Shown in pieces: positions 17,119 to 23,791 of a DNA stretch of 64,000 nucleotides. The stretch's first letter is position 1. Each line of letters opens with the position of its first letter. Location: the NCBI GenBank assembly GCA_013426185.1, contig CP058602.1:463123-527122 (forward strand), written 5' to 3'. This stretch comes from Candidatus Woesebacteria bacterium. GTDB taxonomy: Bacteria; Patescibacteriota; Microgenomatia; UBA8517. The notes under the pieces were generated by a model that searched no databases, was not told the origin of the DNA, and saw nothing but the letters and a program-made list of their open reading frames with translations. Both the position numbers and the translations under genes were made by a program.

Positions 17119-17195
17119 GCCTGACGAATTTATCGGGGCTAAGACTTCTAGACATACGCATTAAGCGTGTGCTTAGGAGTTTTAGCCCCTTTTTT
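17119..17195 (+). promoter_or_regulatory. Leader attenuator 2: conserved 22-nt element overlapping an intrinsic terminator
   Basis: Same 22-mer; hairpin GGGGCTAAGACTTCTA...TAGGAGTTTTAGCCCC followed by T6. Confidence 0.75.
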
Positions 17196-17217
17196 GTTGG
17201 CAAGGAGGTGAAAAAAT

Positions 17218-17619
17218 ATGCTCGAACAGCTAAACCAATCGGTAAAAAAAGTAAATCTAGTCCCCATCCAAACTACAACCACGACCATCACAGGAAGCGG
17301 AGTCGATACTTACCTCAGTGCTAAACCAGCCTTTGATTCAGCCTTAATTCTTGCCGAGATCGGTAACCTCGGAGATCAGTCGTCCACGAAAGTGAAGATT
17401 GAAGAATCAGACGCTTCAGACTTTAGCTCTGGTGTAAGCGTCGCCAAAGGCGGAGACGAAGTGACTGTCGCAGCTGACAACAGTTATCAATTTCAAGTTG
17501 AGAGGAGCAAGCGATATTTAAGAGCGGTGGTGACGATCACAGGAGGCATATCGCCGTCAGCAGAGGTGTTTGTTGGAGGACTTTTGTGGAACGCCCAAAG
17601 ACCGTTCCCAATGCTATAA
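17218..17619 (+). CDS. Probable capsid cement/decoration protein (Bbp16-like beta sandwich)
   Basis: GVDT...VKIEESD..DF...KRYLRAVVT pattern; head-module position. Confidence 0.5.
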   Translation: MLEQLNQSVKKVNLVPIQTTTTTITGSGVDTYLSAKPAFDSALILAEIGNLGDQSSTKVKIEESDASDFSSGVSVAKGGDEVTVAADNSYQFQVERSKRYLRAVVTITGGISPSAEVFVGGLLWNAQRPFPML

Positions 17620-17623
17620 ACCT

Positions 17624-17917
17624 ATGCCGAATGAAGCAAGCGCACAACCAGAAAATCAAGCGCCACAGGCGAGCTTGAAAAAAGCTCCTACTGAAGATAA
17701 GCAGGCAACCTGGGCGAAGATAGAAGCCGTGTATAACGCAGCAAAGACGGCTTATTTGACGAAGGGTGCAACTCTCGCCAATGTACTGGACAGCTTAAGC
17801 GCAACGCTGACGGACATTAAAAACGCCGAGACACAAGGAATGGGAGGCTTAGGAGCGGGACAGCCCGAAATGGAGCTGCCAGCACCGCCAGCACCAGAGG
17901 AAATGCCGACAGCTTAA
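17624..17917 (+). CDS. Hypothetical head-module protein; paralog of 18184..18501
   Basis: Start MPNEAS; shared W..(I/V)E.....AA..AY and GGLG...ELP motifs. Confidence 0.7.
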   Translation: MPNEASAQPENQAPQASLKKAPTEDKQATWAKIEAVYNAAKTAYLTKGATLANVLDSLSATLTDIKNAETQGMGGLGAGQPEMELPAPPAPEEMPTA

Positions 17918-17924
17918 AAAAGCT

Positions 17925-18179
17925 ATGACCGACAAAAACGAGGAAAAACTAGAGAAAGGACAAGCAGTCTGGGAAATGACCCAGACAGAAGGATGGCAGA
18001 TCATTAAAAGCCAGATCGAAGCAGAGATTGCGATAGAGACAAACGAACTCCTCGACTGTCCAGTCGAAGAAGTCGAAAAGCTTAGGACAGCAATCCTGGC
18101 TTATAAGCGAGTTCTAAGCATGGTAGAGACTGCTGAGAAAGAAAAAGTCGAAGCAGCCGAAGCCGTCAGAAACCAATAA
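17925..18179 (+). CDS. Small helical head-module protein
   Basis: ORF with TEGWQII motif; position typical of post-portal small proteins. Confidence 0.7.
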   Translation: MTDKNEEKLEKGQAVWEMTQTEGWQIIKSQIEAEIAIETNELLDCPVEEVEKLRTAILAYKRVLSMVETAEKEKVEAAEAVRNQ

Positions 18180-18183
18180 AACT

Positions 18184-18501
18184 ATGGCAGACGAAAAAGA
18201 AAATAAAAAACCTGAAGAAAAAGAGACCACAGACAATGTGGTCTTGGCTAAGTTTAAAAAAGATCAAGCCAAAGAAGACAGGCGCAAAAAGTGGCGGGTC
18301 GTAGAAGAAGCGGTCTCAGCAGCCAGGCAAGCCTACTGCGGAAGCTGGGATAACAACAAAGACGAGAAATTAGTTAGCTTTGATACCGCCCTCAAAGACT
18401 TAATTGAAGTCCTAAATAAAGTCGCTGAGGGCGAGATTAAATTAGGAGGTCTCGGAGAGAACGAGGGAGGCATTGAACTCCCCCAGTCCGCCGAAGCATA
18501 A
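18184..18501 (+). CDS. Hypothetical head-module protein; paralog of 17624..17917
   Basis: Shared motifs with 17624..17917. Confidence 0.7.
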   Translation: MADEKENKKPEEKETTDNVVLAKFKKDQAKEDRRKKWRVVEEAVSAARQAYCGSWDNNKDEKLVSFDTALKDLIEVLNKVAEGEIKLGGLGENEGGIELPQSAEA

Positions 18502-18506
18502 AAACT

Positions 18507-18719
18507 ATGCCATACGGAATCAAAGGAAAAACAAAAAAATGGGAGGAAGGGACAAAGACAGGACAAAAGCTCGACGCCCGAATTGAAAAGTGTGTCGCAG
18601 CAAAAATGGCTGACCCTGACTTTAAGTCCCAGGAAGGCAGAACCAAAAAGGAATCAGCCATCGCAGTCTGCAAGACAGCAATTACCAGATCAAAGGAATT
18701 TAGTAAGCAACTAAAGTGA
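18507..18719 (+). CDS. Small basic phage protein
   Basis: MPYG...IEKCV...KESAIAVCK. Confidence 0.7.
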   Translation: MPYGIKGKTKKWEEGTKTGQKLDARIEKCVAAKMADPDFKSQEGRTKKESAIAVCKTAITRSKEFSKQLK

Positions 18720-18730
18720 GGTGATGACTT

Positions 18731-19561
18731 ATGCCAGAAGACCCAAAAAATAAAACAGACGAACAAACAGAACTCGAAAAACTCCTAAACTCGGACGAAA
18801 CCGATGAGGAGGAGGAAGGCGCTGGCGAGGAGGAAAACAAGGGTCAGGAAGGTCAGGAAAGCGAAGAAGAAGAAAACAAGGGCGGTGAGGGCGAAGGTCA
18901 GGAAGAAACTGAAGGTGGCGAAGACGAAGAAGACGAGTTCAAGGGCAAAAGCCGAGAAGAAGTCATCAAGATGCTCAAAGAGCAGCGCCAAAAAGTCGCC
19001 GAGCTTGAAAAAAGCAAGGGCGAAGGCGAAGAAGAAGACAAAGGCAAAAAAGGAGAGGAAGGTAAAGAGGAAGAAGAACCGACTGTCCCCTCAGCCGAAG
19101 AACTGCAGAAGATGACGCCCTCGGATTTTGCAAAGTGGGTTCTGGCACGCATTGACGAAGGGGTCAAAAGAACTATCGAAAGCCAGGACAAAGTAAGAAG
19201 CGCCGTCAAAAAAGAGATCGCCGACGCCAAGAAAGAGCATAACTTAGGCGATCCCGACTACAGAAAAATGGTCTTAGCAATTATCGAGGCAGCCAGTGCC
19301 AAAGGCACTGTCATACCTCTCAAAGAGGCTTGCCAGCAGGTAGACGCCTTCCTGGGCAAGCATAAAGGAAAAGGCGAAGGCGAAGAAGAATCTGAAGAAT
19401 TATCAGATGAGGAAAAGAGCCGCCTCAAAAAAGCAAAGGCTCAAGTGGAGAGCGGAGCGGGCGCTCCGACTAAACCCGAAGGCTCGGATGCCGAAATGAA
19501 ACGCATCCAGAAAGCCCTCGAAGGTAGCGGTCAAAGCCCTCTAGGAGGGTTAGGAATATAA
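18731..19561 (+). CDS. Capsid scaffolding protein
   Basis: Highly acidic, low-complexity, coiled; immediately upstream of the major capsid gene. Confidence 0.75.
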   Translation: MPEDPKNKTDEQTELEKLLNSDETDEEEEGAGEEENKGQEGQESEEEENKGGEGEGQEETEGGEDEEDEFKGKSREEVIKMLKEQRQKVAELEKSKGEGEEEDKGKKGEEGKEEEEPTVPSAEELQKMTPSDFAKWVLARIDEGVKRTIESQDKVRSAVKKEIADAKKEHNLGDPDYRKMVLAIIEAASAKGTVIPLKEACQQVDAFLGKHKGKGEGEEESEELSDEEKSRLKKAKAQVESGAGAPTKPEGSDAEMKRIQKALEGSGQSPLGGLGI

Positions 19562-19605
19562 ACACCCCTCCTAAATTACAAAAGAAAGGGGGTGAATAAA
19601 AAAAT

Positions 19606-20772
19606 ATGCCATCAGCAACAGGAATCAGAGGAACAACTGAATTAGGAGTAACCAGGCGATATGATGTCGCCGATGTAGTGTCGTTATTGGATGTCAACAG
19701 GTATCCCCTGTTAGCGATTTTGACCAATGCAGGAAAAGACCCAGTGACTAAGCAAGGCAAAGCCATGAAGAAAGTGGAAACAACCGATCCACAGTTTAAG
19801 TGGTTTGAGGATGAATTCGGAAAGAGACAATTAACAGGGTCAGGCACAGTTGATCCAGACGGAGGCAACCTAACAGTGACAGCGCAATCTGTATACCTAC
19901 AGGTTGGAGATGTAATCCTAGTAGCAGCACAGAAGTGGGTATTCCAGGTAACTGCCATTGTCGATGCTAACACAGTTACGGTGGGAGCAGAGCTGGGAGG
20001 GGCAACAGGAGCAGCAGCCTCAGCAGTAGGAGATGTCTGGCTTATCGGAAACGCCAACGAGGAAGGTGCGGGATTGAGAGACATCAAGTCCACCACGATA
20101 GCCGAACTTTACAACTACTGCCAGATCTTCAGAACACCAGTGGGCATCACGGAAACCGCCAAGAACACCAAGAGTTGGACAAAAGAAAATGATTTCGACT
20201 ATCAGAGACGCAAGAAAGCCATCGAACATATGGTCGATATAGAGCGAGCTTTTATCTTCGGCAAGAGAGGAATCATCACAACAGGAACGCATCCCAAGAG
20301 GTTTACCGCTGGAATTCTAAGCAGAATTAGCACTTACGCCACAGCTAATGTGGACACGGAAGCGGAATTCGAAACATGGCTCGAAAGTCTATTCGCACAC
20401 GGAAATGTGGAGAAATACCTCTTTGCAGCAGCCAGTGTAGTCTCGATGATCAATAACTGGGCAAAAGGGAAACTCCAGGTCATGCCGAAAGACAAGACCT
20501 ACGGATTGAACATTGTGACCTACGAATCGCCACACGGAACGCTGCACATAATCAAGCATCCATTATTGACAGGGACGACCTATGGAAACTACGCCATTGG
20601 ACTGGACATGGAGTGCTTAACATACCGCTACCTTAGCAATCGTGACACCAAACTCTTGACTAATCGTCAAGCGCCAGGCGAAGACAGCCAGGTAGATGAG
20701 TATTTAAGCGAAGTCGGACTGCAAATGGAACAAGAAAGTCGCCACGCCATCATGAGCATGGGCGCTCTCTAA
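19606..20772 (+). CDS. Major capsid protein (DUF5309/SU10-like)
   Basis: FKWFEDE, EEGA, NYCQIFR...ITET, DIERAFIFG, YESPHG motifs. Confidence 0.85.
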   Translation: MPSATGIRGTTELGVTRRYDVADVVSLLDVNRYPLLAILTNAGKDPVTKQGKAMKKVETTDPQFKWFEDEFGKRQLTGSGTVDPDGGNLTVTAQSVYLQVGDVILVAAQKWVFQVTAIVDANTVTVGAELGGATGAAASAVGDVWLIGNANEEGAGLRDIKSTTIAELYNYCQIFRTPVGITETAKNTKSWTKENDFDYQRRKKAIEHMVDIERAFIFGKRGIITTGTHPKRFTAGILSRISTYATANVDTEAEFETWLESLFAHGNVEKYLFAAASVVSMINNWAKGKLQVMPKDKTYGLNIVTYESPHGTLHIIKHPLLTGTTYGNYAIGLDMECLTYRYLSNRDTKLLTNRQAPGEDSQVDEYLSEVGLQMEQESRHAIMSMGAL

Positions 20773-20774
20773 AG

Positions 20775-20910
20775 TTAATAACCTGAAAGGATCGATATGA
20801 CTAAAGCGAAAGCAACAACTAGGAAGTCACTGCACACTTTCTTACTCAGTGCAGTCGCCTGAGAAGGGGTGAGCGTAATCGCCCCTTCAACTGGCGCAGA
20901 AAGTTATTAA
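20775..20910 (+). ncRNA. Candidate multi-stem structured RNA downstream of the capsid gene
   Basis: Closing TTAATAAC/GTTATTAA; inner TGACT/AGTCA, GC-GAAA-GC, ACTGCAC/GTGCAGT, GAAGGGGTGA/TCGCCCCTTC stems. Confidence 0.5.
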
Positions 20911-20938
20911 ATAATGCCAAAAAGAAACGAGGTGACAA

Positions 20939-21541
20939 ATGATGACTGATCAAGAAAGTAAAGCACTAAAAGACATGAGCATGTCGAAACTCTGGGCAGA
21001 AGCCAAGAGGCTCGACGTATCCAATAAAGGAAAAAAAGATGAGCTTATCGCCCGTTTGAGAGAAGCCCAAGAGGAAGGGGGTGAAAACAGTATGCCTAAT
21101 AAAGATAAACTAAAAGCAACCAAGAAAACCGAACAGCCCAAAGAGGAAACATTCATCTCGAAGTATCACGAGCTAAGATTGGTAAACAAATCCGCCTACA
21201 ACAAAGAGGTGAGTGGCAGAGTAATTACTGTTCCAGGGACTTCAATCCAGTTCCATGAAGGAGTCTACAGGACTAGCGATCCTGACGAGATAGCCTTCCT
21301 TGAAAGTCACCCTAACTTCGGAAACACCTTTGTCAAGATTGAAAAAAAAGACCAAAAGAAAGCGGTTGATGAAGTAATTGCCGAGCGTTACAAGGACTTA
21401 GAGGCTCGTGAGAAAGAACTCGCAGCTAGAGAGGCAGCTCTGAAAAAGAAAGAAATGGCAGCCAAAGGGCAAGAAGAAGGCGCAGAGATGCAAAAAGTGA
21501 AAACTGGCGTTAGAAGCACGGCTGACCAGCCGAAGTTTTAA
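20939..21541 (+). CDS. Phage protein with N-terminal SAP/Rho-N-like domain
   Basis: L...AKRLDVSNKGKKDELIARL; second in-frame SD+ATG at 21092. Confidence 0.7.
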   Translation: MMTDQESKALKDMSMSKLWAEAKRLDVSNKGKKDELIARLREAQEEGGENSMPNKDKLKATKKTEQPKEETFISKYHELRLVNKSAYNKEVSGRVITVPGTSIQFHEGVYRTSDPDEIAFLESHPNFGNTFVKIEKKDQKKAVDEVIAERYKDLEAREKELAAREAALKKKEMAAKGQEEGAEMQKVKTGVRSTADQPKF

Positions 21542-21558
21542 TAAAAGGCTAAAAAACT

Positions 21559-21882
21559 ATGTCAACAGCAAGTCGACCAGATTTCATGAACAACGAAAAA
21601 GTCTGCACGCTGGATGTTAACAACGGCGGGGCTTGGAGCAACTACTATCCCCTCGTTGATGCCAACACTTATAAAGCGGGTGAAGGATGTTCAGTGGTCG
21701 TGCGAGCCAGACAAACCAATACAGGCTTAATTTACATCGCCAAGAATCTTTATGCCTCAAAGGTAGCGCCGTTCAGACTCAGCCCAGGGGAAGCAATCGA
21801 ATTAAGGATTAAAGACCTAAGCCAAATCCTAGTCGGCGCAGAGGTCTCAGGAGACGCAGTCAACTGGATAGTTGAACTATAA
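21559..21882 (+). CDS. Virion structural protein (small beta sandwich)
   Basis: NTGLIYI...RLSPGEAIEL...DLSQI pattern. Confidence 0.65.
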   Translation: MSTASRPDFMNNEKVCTLDVNNGGAWSNYYPLVDANTYKAGEGCSVVVRARQTNTGLIYIAKNLYASKVAPFRLSPGEAIELRIKDLSQILVGAEVSGDAVNWIVEL

Positions 21883-21886
21883 AACT

Positions 21887-22483
21887 ATGGCTAAACTAAG
21901 AACCGATAACAAACTAGAAAAAAACATTCTTACCAAGCTACAGATTTTAATCGGTAGCGATGACGGTGAAGAAGATTACGATACAACTTGGTATCCTAAT
22001 GGATTTGCCAGCAATCAGATCAGTATCGGTCATGACGGCACAGGCAGCTGTGACGGCGGGTTTAGATTTCTCCGCCCCGTAATTCCCAATAACGCCAAAA
22101 TCGTCAAAGCGGTAATTAGGGTGAAGTCGGCAGTCAACTCAACCAAGCGACCAGTCTTTGTAATCAAAGGACTTAAAGAGCCAAGCTCGAACACCTTTGC
22201 AGCAGGAGGTGCTGATCGCCCATCAACCAGAGTCAAAACAACGGCGACAGTAGCATGGACACCAGGAGCGGACTGGGCGATCAATACTTGGTATGACAGC
22301 CCAGACATTAAAGCAATCATTGACGAGCTTATAACCCAGCCAGAATACACAGGCAAAGCTCTGGGGCTGGTAATCGAAGACAATAGCAGTCCAAGCAACC
22401 AATATGAAAACATCTATGACTTTAATAGCGGGGCAGCAAATGCAGCCAGGTTAATTTTGACAATAGCGCCAAATATAAATTAG
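21887..22483 (+). CDS. Virion protein, one copy of the DDGEED beta-sandwich (CBM/DNRLRE-like) domain
   Basis: Close paralog of the N-terminal domain of 23788..26388. Confidence 0.7.
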   Translation: MAKLRTDNKLEKNILTKLQILIGSDDGEEDYDTTWYPNGFASNQISIGHDGTGSCDGGFRFLRPVIPNNAKIVKAVIRVKSAVNSTKRPVFVIKGLKEPSSNTFAAGGADRPSTRVKTTATVAWTPGADWAINTWYDSPDIKAIIDELITQPEYTGKALGLVIEDNSSPSNQYENIYDFNSGAANAARLILTIAPNIN

Positions 22484-22513
22484 AAAACTAACGCCTAAAG
22501 GAGGTGAAACGGA

Positions 22514-22795
22514 ATGCAAGAAAGCGACGCAGCATTATTAGAACAAATCATAAAATCCTTTGTCGATGAGCCAGATAAGGTGAAAGTTGAACGCACAGTC
22601 GACGAGATGGGAGTGCTTCTTTTAGTCAAACTTGACGAAAAAGACGCAGGTTTGGTGATCGGAAAGGAAGGCAGCACAATAGCAGCGCTTCGCAAGATTA
22701 TGGGAGTAATTGGAATGAAGACCAATGCTAGATACAACATTAAGCTGGATGTCCCGCCTGACAAAAAAAGAGGGAGCAATAACTCCCAAAGTTAA
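22514..22795 (+). CDS. khpA: KH-domain RNA-binding protein, KhpA/YlqC family
   Basis: IKSFVDEPDKVKV...DEKDAGLVIGKEGSTIAALRKI with GxxG loop. Confidence 0.85.
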   Translation: MQESDAALLEQIIKSFVDEPDKVKVERTVDEMGVLLLVKLDEKDAGLVIGKEGSTIAALRKIMGVIGMKTNARYNIKLDVPPDKKRGSNNSQS

Positions 22796-22808
22796 ATAAC
22801 TAAAAACT

Positions 22809-23312
22809 ATGGCAGCAACAGTTCAAATAGACGAATACAACGGAGCTGGCGAAACCAAAACCGCCAATATCACTGATACAGATATGGGGTCGGTGGATCA
22901 AGCCAACCTTGATCCCGTAGCCCACCCAATCGTGCCTGGGCAGAACTCCTACGAGAAGTGGCAGAAGTTCGAAGTGACGAACATGGGTGGCTCGTCCAAA
23001 ATCCACAACCTGAAAGTTTGGAGAACAGGGGCGCTAGGAGGCGCAGCCGTCCACAAAACAAATGCCAGAGAAACAGCCTACGGAGGGGCAGCAACTTACG
23101 CTACACCAACAGCTAGCACCTCAATCGTTGCTACACAAACAATGCCTACCAGCGAACCAGCAGGTGCAAACTTAGGCATCGGCGGATCACTCACAGGAGA
23201 GCTTACTGCACCTGGCTACTCAGACTACTTAGTGCATCAGATTCAAACTGATCCAGGCGATGTGGCAGGCTCGACTAGTACGCTCAATTACCAATACGAC
23301 GAAGTTGCTTAA
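22809..23312 (+). CDS. Virion structural protein
   Basis: Gly/Thr-rich; NSYEKW...YSDYLVHQ...YQYDE. Confidence 0.7.
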   Translation: MAATVQIDEYNGAGETKTANITDTDMGSVDQANLDPVAHPIVPGQNSYEKWQKFEVTNMGGSSKIHNLKVWRTGALGGAAVHKTNARETAYGGAATYATPTASTSIVATQTMPTSEPAGANLGIGGSLTGELTAPGYSDYLVHQIQTDPGDVAGSTSTLNYQYDEVA

Positions 23313-23371
23313 AAACATGACTGAGCAGTTAAAAGGAATTAGCGCAATCCAATGCGCCTTCGAGCAATACA

Positions 23372-23791
23372 ATGCGAAAAACAGAGTTCACATTTATCAG
23401 ACCAAAGACAGGCAAAGCCGAGAAAGTTATTCGAGAGCGCTGGCGGTGGGTAGCGCATTATAAAGACGGCACTTCCCTCCACCAATTCGACGAGGCAACA
23501 GGTATCTTCCATCAGTTCAGAGAGATAGATCAGGCAAATATCGAATCCTTCCAGATGGTCTCAGACAAAAACCCAGAAGGAATAAACCTCCTTATTCCTC
23601 CGCAGGGCGCAGACCTAATCCACTTTTACCGCAATGTGAGACTTGCAGGGCAAAAAAACTGGATTAGACTTTACTTCTTCGGCTGGAAGGTAAAAGACAA
23701 CCGAGGCAGAAGTCTGCAAAAGCTGATTTGTATTTACCCCAACGACAAGATCGCTTTAGTTGACGAAGCGGAAGGAGGTGGAATGAGGTGA
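23372..23791 (+). CDS. Hypothetical phage protein
   Basis: WVAHYKDGTSLHQFD...LIHFYRN...YFFGW. Confidence 0.7.
   Translation: MRKTEFTFIRPKTGKAEKVIRERWRWVAHYKDGTSLHQFDEATGIFHQFREIDQANIESFQMVSDKNPEGINLLIPPQGADLIHFYRNVRLAGQKNWIRLYFFGWKVKDNRGRSLQKLICIYPNDKIALVDEAEGGGMR

Noticed and set aside
14118-17140. The duplicated 22-mer as CRISPR repeats or att sites
   Set aside because: Only two copies, 3 kb apart, no spacer array or cas genes, and each follows a promoter
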